DNA from: Akkermansia muciniphila ATCC BAA-835
GTDB taxonomy: Bacteria > Verrucomicrobiota > Verrucomicrobiia > Verrucomicrobiales > Akkermansiaceae
Length of the DNA stretch: 32,000 nt
Reading direction: 5' to 3'
Assembly: GCF_000020225.1 (NCBI RefSeq)
Contig: NC_010655.1
Coordinates: forward strand, 1,860,001 to 1,892,000
Position 1 is the stretch's first letter; each line of letters starts with the position of its first letter. Positions 6,924 through 15,069 of this stretch are shown piece after piece. The notes under the pieces were generated by a model. It had not been told where the DNA came from, did not search any database, and saw only the letters and a list, made by a program, of their open reading frames with translations. Made by a program: the position numbers and the translations under genes.

Positions 6924-9071
6924 ATGTCGTCTTTTGAGTTGAATTCCTCCTTCAAGCCTTCCGGAGACCAGGAGCAGGCCATCGGCAAACTGCTCAAGTC
7001 TCTGGAGGCGGGTAACAAGCACCAGGGGCTCCTGGGAGTGACCGGGAGCGGCAAGACATTCACCATGGCGAATTTGATTGCCCGGATGAACAGGCCCACG
7101 CTGGTGATTTCCCACAACAAGACGCTTGCCGCACAGCTTCATTCGGAGCTGAAGAGTTTTTTCCCGAATAACGCGGTGGATTACTACGTTTCCTATTTCG
7201 ATTATTACCAGCCGGAGGCGTATATCGCCAGTTCCGACACCTACATTGAAAAGGATTCCGCCATTAATGACGAGTTGGACCGCCTGAGCCTGAATGCCAT
7301 GAATTCCCTGATGACACGGAGGGATGTGATTGTGGTGGCATCCGTTTCCTGCATTTACGGCCTGTCCACTCCGGAGGATTACAGGAACCTGACGCTGCGC
7401 ATGCGCGAGGGGGATGTCATGGACCGGGACGTGTTTTTGAAGCATCTGGTGGAACGCCTGTTCGAGCGGCAGGATTTTGATTTTACCCGCGGCACGTTCC
7501 GCGTGCGCGGTGAGGTGGTGGAGGTGTTTCCCGCTTATTCGGAAGGTGAAGCAATCCGCGTAGAGTTTTTCGGCGACGAGGTGGAACGGGTTTCTTTGAT
7601 TGACTCCGCCACCGGGCGTGTGAGGGAACGGCTTGGGAGCTACACTTTTTTCCCGGCCAAGCAGTATGTGGCCGCTCCGGAGAAACGGGCGGCGGCGTTA
7701 AAGGCTATCCGGGAAGAGCTGGAGGACCGCGTAGGCTGGTTTGAGAAGCATGGGCGCCTGCTGGAAGCGCAGCGGCTTAAATTGCGCACGGATTATGATT
7801 TGGAACTGATTGAAGAGCTGGGTTTCTGCAAGGGGATTGAAAATTATTCCCGCCATTTGTCCGGCCGCCTGCCCGGAAGCGCCCCATCCACCCTGCTGGA
7901 TTTCTTTCCCAAGGATTCATTGACCCTGATTGATGAAAGTCATGTGGCGGTGCCGCAGCTGGGAGGCATGTACGAGGGGGACCGAAGCCGCAAAAATATT
8001 CTGGTGGAGCATGGGTTCCGCCTGCCCAGCGCTCTGGATAACAGGCCTTTGAAATTCCATGAGTTTATGGAAAGGCAGAACCAGATTGTGTATGCTTCCG
8101 CTACTCCGGGGCCATTTGAACTGGTAAATTGCCGTGCGGATAATAAGACGTATATTCCCGTGCGCCGTGCCGCCAGATCCGGAGAAAAGGCTCCGGAAGG
8201 GTTCAAAGGAATTTTGTTTACCTCTCCCAAGGACATTCGCGTTGCTCCCAGCCCATCCACGGAACCGGTAGAAAAATTTGACCCAACCAGGCGTTCTACA
8301 CCCCTGATTGTAGAGCAGATTATCCGGCCTACCGGGCTGCTGGAGCCGAAGATTACCATCCGTCCATTGAAAGGGCAGATTGACGAGACGATCGCCATGT
8401 GCAATGAACGCGTTGCCAAAAATGAACGCGTGCTGGTCACGACGCTGACCAAGAAGACGGCGGAAGATTTGACGGAGTACCTGAAAGGGGTAGGATTGAA
8501 GGTGTCCTACATTCACGCGGATGTGGATGCGATTGAGCGTGTGGAGATTTTACGTGCTTTGAGAGCCAGGAAGATAGACGTTCTGGTAGGCATTAACCTG
8601 CTTAGGGAAGGGCTGGATTTGCCGGAGGTTTCCCTGGTGTGCATTCTGGATGCGGACAAGGAGGGGTTTTTGCGCAATGAGACATCCCTGGTGCAGACGG
8701 CGGGCCGCGCCGCGCGGCATTTGAATGGAGAGTGCGTCTTGTTTGCGGATGTGATGACGGATTCCATCAAACGGCTGGTTGAGCTGACGGATTACCGTCG
8801 GGGTATTCAGGAAAAATACAACCGGGAACACGGTATTGTCCCCCAGACGGTGAGCCGTTCCGAACAGGGGCAGTTGAAGTTGTACGCAGAGGATGATGAA
8901 GAGTCCTTCCGCGTAGCGGAGGATGAAGCCGGGTATGGTCTGGAAGAGCGCATTGCCAGGCTGGAGACGGAAATGAAGGAGGCTGCTTCCCATTTGGAAT
9001 TTGAACGCGCCGCCTTGATTCGGGATGAAATCAGGCAGATGCGCGGAGAATATGGAAAAGGCAGGGGATAA
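6924..9071 (+). CDS. uvrB: Excinuclease ABC subunit B
   Basis: Walker A GVTGSGKTFTMA, the beta-hairpin region YYVSYFDYYQPEAY, IIRPTGLLEP, helicase motifs VGINLLREGLDLPEVSLV and QTAGRAAR, and a C-terminal UVR motif (LEFERAALIRDEIRQMR). The start is MSSFELNS at ATG 6924. Confidence 0.95.
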   Translation: MSSFELNSSFKPSGDQEQAIGKLLKSLEAGNKHQGLLGVTGSGKTFTMANLIARMNRPTLVISHNKTLAAQLHSELKSFFPNNAVDYYVSYFDYYQPEAYIASSDTYIEKDSAINDELDRLSLNAMNSLMTRRDVIVVASVSCIYGLSTPEDYRNLTLRMREGDVMDRDVFLKHLVERLFERQDFDFTRGTFRVRGEVVEVFPAYSEGEAIRVEFFGDEVERVSLIDSATGRVRERLGSYTFFPAKQYVAAPEKRAAALKAIREELEDRVGWFEKHGRLLEAQRLKLRTDYDLELIEELGFCKGIENYSRHLSGRLPGSAPSTLLDFFPKDSLTLIDESHVAVPQLGGMYEGDRSRKNILVEHGFRLPSALDNRPLKFHEFMERQNQIVYASATPGPFELVNCRADNKTYIPVRRAARSGEKAPEGFKGILFTSPKDIRVAPSPSTEPVEKFDPTRRSTPLIVEQIIRPTGLLEPKITIRPLKGQIDETIAMCNERVAKNERVLVTTLTKKTAEDLTEYLKGVGLKVSYIHADVDAIERVEILRALRARKIDVLVGINLLREGLDLPEVSLVCILDADKEGFLRNETSLVQTAGRAARHLNGECVLFADVMTDSIKRLVELTDYRRGIQEKYNREHGIVPQTVSRSEQGQLKLYAEDDEESFRVAEDEAGYGLEERIARLETEMKEAASHLEFERAALIRDEIRQMRGEYGKGRG

Positions 9072-9587
9072 TATCCGGCGTGATGAATTGGGGATGAGCT
9101 TTCTGGTAGGATGGCATGCTGTTTTTTCGTGATATTTGTCCATCTTATTCTTGGCCGTCATTTGACGGTGATTTGGATATTGGGTTTAACAGTTAATTGC
9201 TTAAAGAATTCTGCTGATGTGACGTCAGTGTTCCGGACCGGAGTCTGCTGTCAACGTGAAATATTCTAAGAAGGCCTTACGCCGATGGGGGAGTATATGA
9301 AGAGTTCTTTGTTCCAGTCTTTTCTTATATATAAAAATTTCTCATGATAAGCACTTGCCGAAGTGGCAAAGGGTATGGCGGATGACAGAGGATTCCCAGG
9401 CTGGCAGCAGTAGCTGTCTGATCATCCTTTGCCGGTTATGTTCCCCATTTTATTTCTTGATGCAGCCGGCTGCGTCAAAGGCGCCGGGCAATGATGGTCA
9501 GGAGGGGCCCATTTGCCATCGTCTGAAGAAAAGATTTGCATAAAAAATACTTGCGTATTTGGAAAAAGCCTGTAATCTCCTTCCACC

Positions 9588-9797
9588 ATGACCCGCAAAG
9601 GTGGTATCAATAAAACCCGCAAGGCAGTCGCCAAGCGTTTCAAGGTAACCGGCACGGGCAAGGTACTGCGCCGTAAACAGGGCAAGCGCCACATCCTCCA
9701 GAAGAAGTCCAGCAAGCGCAAGCGCCAGCTTGGCAAGGTGGCTCTGGTGGACGAGACGCAAGTCTGGGCAGTCAAGCAGAACCTGCCTTTCGCCTAA
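9588..9797 (+). CDS. rpmI: 50S ribosomal protein L35
   Basis: 69-aa basic protein with KTRKAVAKRFKVTGTGKVLRRKQGKRHIL, typical of L35. It lies directly upstream of rplT. Confidence 0.9.
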   Translation: MTRKGGINKTRKAVAKRFKVTGTGKVLRRKQGKRHILQKKSSKRKRQLGKVALVDETQVWAVKQNLPFA

Positions 9798-9946
9798 ACC
9801 GCGGAAACGCTCGACTAATGCCGAGCTTTCCCCCCGCTGAACGGGGGGCCTTCATGCAGCCTTCTTCCGATGGGAAGATAAGAACAGGCGAGACTGCAGG
9901 GAGGTGAGGAAGAACAGTCTGTTCAAGATAGAAATAGAAATAAGCT

Positions 9947-10330
9947 ATGCCACGTGCCACTAATGGACCGGCCTCTCGCAAGCGTCGTAAGCGCATTCTC
10001 TTGCGTGCCAAGGGTTTCCGCGGTTTCCGCAGCAAACTCTTCCGCTACGCCAAGGATGCTGTTTACAAGGCTTGGCAGTATGAATACCGCGACCGCAAGC
10101 GTCGGAAGGGACAATTCCGCCGTCTTTGGATCGCCCGTATTTCCGCTGCCGTCCGCGACCGCGGTCTGACCTATTCCCGCTTTATGGAAGGCTTGAAAGC
10201 CGCCAATATTGATTTGGACCGCAAGGTTCTTGCCGATTTGGCCGTCTCTGACGAAAAGGCTTTTGACGTTATCTTCGCTCAAGCGAAGAAGGCCATTGAA
10301 GCCAAGGATGGCGCCGCTCTCCGCGCCTGA
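9947..10330 (+). CDS. rplT: 50S ribosomal protein L20
   Basis: MPRATNGPASRKRRKRILLRAKGFRG...QFRRLWIARISAAVR is a canonical L20 N-terminus and core. Confidence 0.95.
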   Translation: MPRATNGPASRKRRKRILLRAKGFRGFRSKLFRYAKDAVYKAWQYEYRDRKRRKGQFRRLWIARISAAVRDRGLTYSRFMEGLKAANIDLDRKVLADLAVSDEKAFDVIFAQAKKAIEAKDGAALRA

Positions 10331-10370
10331 ATGTGCGGGAGTTTCCATCTGTTCAGTAAACGTTAACCGA

Positions 10371-10405
10371 CAGCCTCCGGAAATAATTTTCCGGAGGCTG
10401 TTTTC
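10371..10405 (+). terminator. Rho-independent terminator after rplT
   Basis: CAGCCTCCGGAAA-TAAT-TTTCCGGAGGCTG perfect 13-bp stem followed by TTTTC. Confidence 0.8.
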
Positions 10406-10949
10406 ATGTCCGGACATGGCAGTTTCGGCCGTTGGCATTTTCCTGTAAATGACTTATGGAGCAGGTGTTCGCACGTTCATCATTTAGTGTGCCAGCCAGT
10501 TTCTCTTATTGCAGCGTCGGTTTTCCCATGCCGACTGGGAAAAATCCTGTTTCCGCCAGTGCGCATTTTTGTTAAGAACACAATGGCTCTTTAATCATTG
10601 CTTCCAATTCCGGAGGCATTTATTGCAAAGGCTGTTCAGGGGATTCGGACAGAAAAGCGGGCTGCGGCGTTTGATGCCCCGCCGGTTTTTCTCCTGGTAA
10701 AAAAGGCGCTTTTATTCGTCCAGGTTCCGGGCCGGGATGATGCCGCCTCTCCCAGAGGCGCCGCTCGAAAAAAGGGGACGCGGTCTTTTACTTGCGGCTT
10801 CAGAATTCCCGGAAGGTAAAGGCTGTTTTCTGGGCTGTCAGGCACCTTTTGAAATCCATTTGGAATATCAGCATCCACTTTGTCATTAGGACATCTTTGA
10901 AGCTTGTTCACCGGAGAGTCCCGTGGTAACTTGGACGGCAAAAACTACC

Positions 10950-12395
10950 ATGGATAGCATTCTTTCCGTCCTTGCCACTATCGCCATTATTTTCGGCGTG
11001 GTGATGTTGTTTAACTTCATGATTTTTATTCATGAACTTGGTCATTTTTTCGCTGCCCGCTGGCGTGGTCTGTATGTGGACAGATTTCAAATCTGGTTTG
11101 GCCGTCCCATCTGGAAAAAAACGGTTAACGGCGTGCAGTGGGGGCTGGGGTGGATTCCGGCCGGAGGTTTTGTATCCCTGCCGCAGATGGCTCCTATGGA
11201 GGCCATTGAAGGACGTGCGGAGCTTCCCAAGGATTTGAAGCCGGTTACTCCCTTGGACAAGATTATCGTGGCCGCCGCTGGGCCTGCCGCTTCTTTTCTG
11301 CTGGCTGTGTTGTTTGCCGTGGCCGTCTGGATGGTGGGCAAGCCGGATGTGGAGATGGGCGTGACTACGGTCGGTTTTGTTGCTCCGGACAGCCCTGCGG
11401 CTCAGGCCGGCATTCTTCCCGGCGACAAGATTGTGAAAGTGGACGGCCATCCTGTGGACAAGTGGGCGGGCAATATGGAAGGCGTGCGGGAATTGATCAT
11501 GCTGGGCGAGCATGACCGGGTGGTTTTTACGGTGCAGAGACCTGGACATGAAGGAGAGATGGAAATTTCCTGCGGATTCCGGATTCCGGAAACGTCCTGG
11601 TGGCAGCGCTCCGGCATGCGTCAGGTGGGGTTGATGCAGGCCATGCCCTGCGTGATTGGGGAAGTGATTCCCAATTCTCCTGCCGCACTGGCCGGATTGA
11701 ACCCGGGCGATAAGGTTGTGGGTGCCAATGGAGAACGCCTCTGGAACCCTGCCGCACTGGATGTTCTGCTGAAGAAGAATGAACCGCTCTTGCTGGATGT
11801 GACGGACAGGGCCGGGGTTGCAAGGCAGGTGAATATCCAGGGGAAGCTTCCGGAGAATTGGCACAATGGTGCGGACGGTTCCCTGCTCAAGGGGGCCCAG
11901 CCTATTCTGGGCGTGAGCTGGGACCTGAGTTCCGTGGGCCGAGACGTTACCGTCCATCCTTCTCCGTGGGCGCAGATCAAGCAGAGTCTGAAATGGATGG
12001 GGGATACCCTGGCGAAGGTGGTGGCTCCCGGCAGCAGCGTGGGCGTGGAGCATCTTTCCGGACCTGTGGGAATTGCCAATCAGTTTTACAAGATGTTCTC
12101 TCTGGAGGAAGGGTGGAAGCTGGCCCTGTGGTTTTCCGTGGTGTTGAACGTGAACCTGGCGGTTCTGAATATTCTGCCTCTTCCGGTAGTGGATGGCGGC
12201 CATGTGGTCATGAATGCCATTGAATTGGTTTTCCGGCGTCCCCTGAATGTAAAAGTTCTGGAATTCGTCCAGTTCGGCTTTGTGTTCCTGCTGATGGGGT
12301 TCTTCCTGTTTGTGACATTCAAGGATGTGGGGGATTTCTTTGGCAAGAAGCCGGACAAGCTGCCCACCCCGGTATTCAAGGCCGTCGCGGATTAG
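10950..12395 (+). CDS. rseP: RIP metalloprotease RseP (site-2 protease, M50 family)
   Basis: HELGHFF zinc motif in the first TM region (11031-11045). PDZ-like segments (AAQAGILPGDKIVKVDG, AALAGLNPGDKVVGANG). C-terminal LAVLNILPLPVVDGGH motif. I preferred the ATG at 10950 over the GTG at 10923. Confidence 0.9.
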   Translation: MDSILSVLATIAIIFGVVMLFNFMIFIHELGHFFAARWRGLYVDRFQIWFGRPIWKKTVNGVQWGLGWIPAGGFVSLPQMAPMEAIEGRAELPKDLKPVTPLDKIIVAAAGPAASFLLAVLFAVAVWMVGKPDVEMGVTTVGFVAPDSPAAQAGILPGDKIVKVDGHPVDKWAGNMEGVRELIMLGEHDRVVFTVQRPGHEGEMEISCGFRIPETSWWQRSGMRQVGLMQAMPCVIGEVIPNSPAALAGLNPGDKVVGANGERLWNPAALDVLLKKNEPLLLDVTDRAGVARQVNIQGKLPENWHNGADGSLLKGAQPILGVSWDLSSVGRDVTVHPSPWAQIKQSLKWMGDTLAKVVAPGSSVGVEHLSGPVGIANQFYKMFSLEEGWKLALWFSVVLNVNLAVLNILPLPVVDGGHVVMNAIELVFRRPLNVKVLEFVQFGFVFLLMGFFLFVTFKDVGDFFGKKPDKLPTPVFKAVAD

Positions 12396-12428
12396 TTGCG
12401 GACGGCGTTTTTTATCCCGGTCTGTTCC

Positions 12429-13814
12429 ATGAAGCAGTCACTGGCGGCGCGTTTCCTGTTCCGGGCGGTGGTGCTGGCGTTTCTTGTGTATGCCATGCTG
12501 CTTACCTGGTGGACTCCTTTCACTGGGGACAGCTTCATGCATTCCGTGTTCGGGGCGGACCACCGCCTTGCTTTTCAGCCCGTGCTGGAGCGGTGCTGGT
12601 GGTCATACATGCACTGGAATCCCCGGCTGGGAGAGTTCCTCGCTATTTTTACAGCTACGGCGGGAAAATGGCTTTTTCTGGCCCTCAATCCCTGCGTGCT
12701 CCTTTCCCTGGCGTTGATGATGTTTTTTCTGGCGCGGGGAAGAAGGGTCAATTCCGGAAACTGGCGGGATGTGCTGCTGTTTACCGTGGGAGCGCTTCTT
12801 TTGCTTACGTCTTCATCCAGGCCGGGGATCACGATGTTCTGGCTGTCCGGAGGGACCAATTACGCCTGGTCGGCCGCCATCTGGCTGGGTTTCCTGTGCC
12901 TGTATCGCTCCTTATGGGCTGGAACTTCCCGGATTAGGGACACTCCTTTTTCCTGGCTCTGGATAGGCGGCATGGCTTTTGCCGCCGGCATGACGAATGA
13001 GAACCAGATTCCCGCTTCCCTGGGCATGCTGTTCGTGTACTGGTTTTACGCCCGCTGCCGGGGAATGGTTCTCCCTTGCTGGTTTTTCATTGGCTGGGGA
13101 TTCCATGCGCTGGGAGGGGCCTTTCTTCTGCTGGCTCCGGGCAATGCGGCCCGCCTTCATTCGGAGACGGCGGGCGGCGCAGCCGTTCTCCATTCCTGGG
13201 GGGAGCGTTTCAGCGCCATTCCGGAATTGGTAAACGCCTTTTATGAATTCATGCCGATTCCTAAAATTTTGCTGGCCGTTGCCGCTGCCGCTCTGATCCT
13301 GCTGACTGTGGAAGCGGGGATAAACGTCTGGCGGGGGAAGGCCGGGCGGCGTATGTGCGTCTCCCTGCTGTTTATTCTGGTGGCTCATGCCATGGCAATC
13401 AGCTTTTTTGTACGCGTGATTCCGGCATGGCACGCCATGTTTTCCGCCACGGTATTGATGATGACGGGAATTCTGGGATTGTACGGGGTATGGATGGATG
13501 CCGTGCGAAGGCGGTGGCTCCCATTCTGCGTGCTGCTGGCGGCGGCTGGTCCGGCCCTGTGGGTATGCTCCGGATATCTGGATGCTTTTCCCCGTATCCA
13601 CCGCCAGTGCGAGGAACGGAAAATGTTCATCCGCCATGAATTGGAACAAGGCAAGAAAAACATTACGGTTCCTCCTTATGATTCCGTTCCTTTGGCCCCT
13701 TATGTTTCCGTTATGTGGCGTATGAGCAGCGGGGATCCGGATGAATTTATCAATCGTTCCGTAGCCCGGTATTTGGGGATTGAAAGCATCCGGGTGGCTG
13801 TTCCGGAACCGTGA
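12429..13814 (+). CDS. Polytopic membrane protein with a short C-terminal soluble tail. Possibly a GT-C-like or DUF6056-like glycosyltransferase-type protein.
   Basis: The translation shows at least 10 hydrophobic helices. The C-terminal tail ends in ...INRSVARYLGIESI, which resembles the tails of GT-C-type membrane proteins as I recall them. It starts 34 bp after the rseP stop. The functional call is weak. Confidence 0.7.
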   Translation: MKQSLAARFLFRAVVLAFLVYAMLLTWWTPFTGDSFMHSVFGADHRLAFQPVLERCWWSYMHWNPRLGEFLAIFTATAGKWLFLALNPCVLLSLALMMFFLARGRRVNSGNWRDVLLFTVGALLLLTSSSRPGITMFWLSGGTNYAWSAAIWLGFLCLYRSLWAGTSRIRDTPFSWLWIGGMAFAAGMTNENQIPASLGMLFVYWFYARCRGMVLPCWFFIGWGFHALGGAFLLLAPGNAARLHSETAGGAAVLHSWGERFSAIPELVNAFYEFMPIPKILLAVAAAALILLTVEAGINVWRGKAGRRMCVSLLFILVAHAMAISFFVRVIPAWHAMFSATVLMMTGILGLYGVWMDAVRRRWLPFCVLLAAAGPALWVCSGYLDAFPRIHRQCEERKMFIRHELEQGKKNITVPPYDSVPLAPYVSVMWRMSSGDPDEFINRSVARYLGIESIRVAVPEP

Positions 13815-13878
13815 CTGCTTTATTCTGGCCGTTTTACAAATCCTTTCCGTTTTTTATTTGAATGCGGGCAAATGTCCG

Positions 13879-13893
13879 CGGATTAACAATCCG
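13879..13893. promoter_or_regulatory. Palindromic site C, CGGATTAACAATCCG (perfect 6-bp arms)
   Basis: Read directly. It matches the reverse complement of site D at 14 of 15 positions. Confidence 0.4.
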
Positions 13894-14028
13894 ATGAATG
13901 CCAAGTTGTCTTAATAAAAACATATTTTATTCATATTAAATATGTTATATATTTCTATCATATTGATGGAAGATGATTTATCCCAAAAAAATAAACGTAA
14001 TACATGATTAAATTTTCATGATTTGCCA

Positions 14029-14057
14029 TTGACACCGGATTGTTAATTCGGTTTACT
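14029..14057 (+). promoter_or_regulatory. Candidate sigma-70-type promoter for the PEP-CTERM gene
   Basis: TTGACA (14029-14034), a 17-nt spacer, then TTTACT (14052-14057). This would leave only a few nt of leader before ATG 14068, so it is tentative. Confidence 0.25.
14036..14050. promoter_or_regulatory. Palindromic site D, CGGATTGTTAATTCG
   Basis: Read directly. It is the inverted partner of site C, 157 bp away. It lies entirely within the 17-nt spacer of the candidate promoter. Confidence 0.4.
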
Positions 14058-14067
14058 TCGTTTTGCC

Positions 14068-14856
14068 ATGAAGAAATCCTTGTTGTCTTTAGCTTTAATC
14101 TCAAGTACCTTGCTTGCCGTAGAGGCGGCAACGGTGCAAATTGATTTCGGACGCAGTGACGCCACGACGGACGGCGTGCTCAATATGAATTATGATAGTG
14201 CCTCCGCCGCTTTGGGCAGCATGCCGGGAAGCGTTTCTTTGGCATGGAGTACGGCAGAATGGCCTGTAGGGGATAATGGCCATACCACCACCAAGACAGT
14301 TGAGGAAGAAGCCGATTGGAAAAATCCTTTCAACGGCAGCATGCCTTTCAGCTTGGGGGACACTTTTCGTGACGGTCTTTTAACGCAGACGGCCGACGGG
14401 TCCGGCTCTTTCACTGTAACGTTCAGCGGTCTTGCCGCCGGGGAGTATTCCTTGTCCATCTTTGGAGGTTTCACAGGCAAGGATGCATTTGCCGGTCAAA
14501 CCTGGACGATCGGAAACGCCGATGCTTCCAATGCCGTCTGGACAAGCTTCGGCACAGACGCCAGCGGGAACTGGGCCGAAATTTCTTCCGTGACGGGCGA
14601 TAATTCCGGAGTCCTTACTCCGGCGAACGCTTCCACTTCCAGCGCTACTGCTAATAAAGGGCTTTATGCTACGGTAGAGAATGTCGTGGTAGGGGAAGAC
14701 GGGACGCTTACCCTTACGATTCAGGGGGATGGGAGCAAGGGGTACGGCCTTACAGCCCTTAATTACCTTTCCCTGACGCAGGTGCCGGAACCCGCTACGG
14801 CAGCATTGAGCCTGCTGGGCGCTGCTGCCCTGTTCCTGCGCCGCCGCAGGGACTGA
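14068..14856 (+). CDS. Secreted PEP-CTERM sorting-domain protein
   Basis: N-terminal signal peptide MKKSLLSLALISSTLLAVEA. The C-terminus VPEPATAALSLLGAAALFLRRRRD gives a PEP motif (14782-14793), a TM helix and an Arg cluster. Confidence 0.85.
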   Translation: MKKSLLSLALISSTLLAVEAATVQIDFGRSDATTDGVLNMNYDSASAALGSMPGSVSLAWSTAEWPVGDNGHTTTKTVEEEADWKNPFNGSMPFSLGDTFRDGLLTQTADGSGSFTVTFSGLAAGEYSLSIFGGFTGKDAFAGQTWTIGNADASNAVWTSFGTDASGNWAEISSVTGDNSGVLTPANASTSSATANKGLYATVENVVVGEDGTLTLTIQGDGSKGYGLTALNYLSLTQVPEPATAALSLLGAAALFLRRRRD

Positions 14857-14885
14857 CCGGAAAGAACAGACCTTTGTTATCAACG

Positions 14886-14917
14886 CCGCTCCGTAATTCA
14901 CGCGGAGCGGTTTTTTT
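14886..14917 (+). terminator. Rho-independent terminator after the PEP-CTERM gene
   Basis: CCGCTCCG-TAATTCACG-CGGAGCGG followed by TTTTTTT. Confidence 0.7.
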
Positions 14918-15069
14918 ATTTGGCGTTTTTCCTTTCCCTGTCTATACAGCAGGTCGTTTCTATCCCGACCTGTTGGCCGGAACACTGCCTGCCCCATTCC
15001 GGAGAAAAGCCGGAATTGGAATGAGGCGCGGGAAAAAGCGGGAAAACGGACTTGTCCGGGAAGAGGGGG

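Noticed and set aside
10908-12203. 431-aa minus-strand ORF opposite rseP
   Set aside because: It is low-complexity and His/Arg/Gly/Pro-rich, and lies entirely antisense to a gene with clear M50 protease motifs.
12429-13814. Possibility that the polytopic membrane protein next to the PEP-CTERM gene is the exosortase (it contains VCSG, reminiscent of the exosortase ACSG Cys motif)
   Set aside because: The Cys lies at the end of the last helix, just before the soluble C-terminal tail. In exosortases it sits mid-protein, followed by further helices carrying the conserved Arg/His. The overall architecture looks GT-C-like. This remains unverified.
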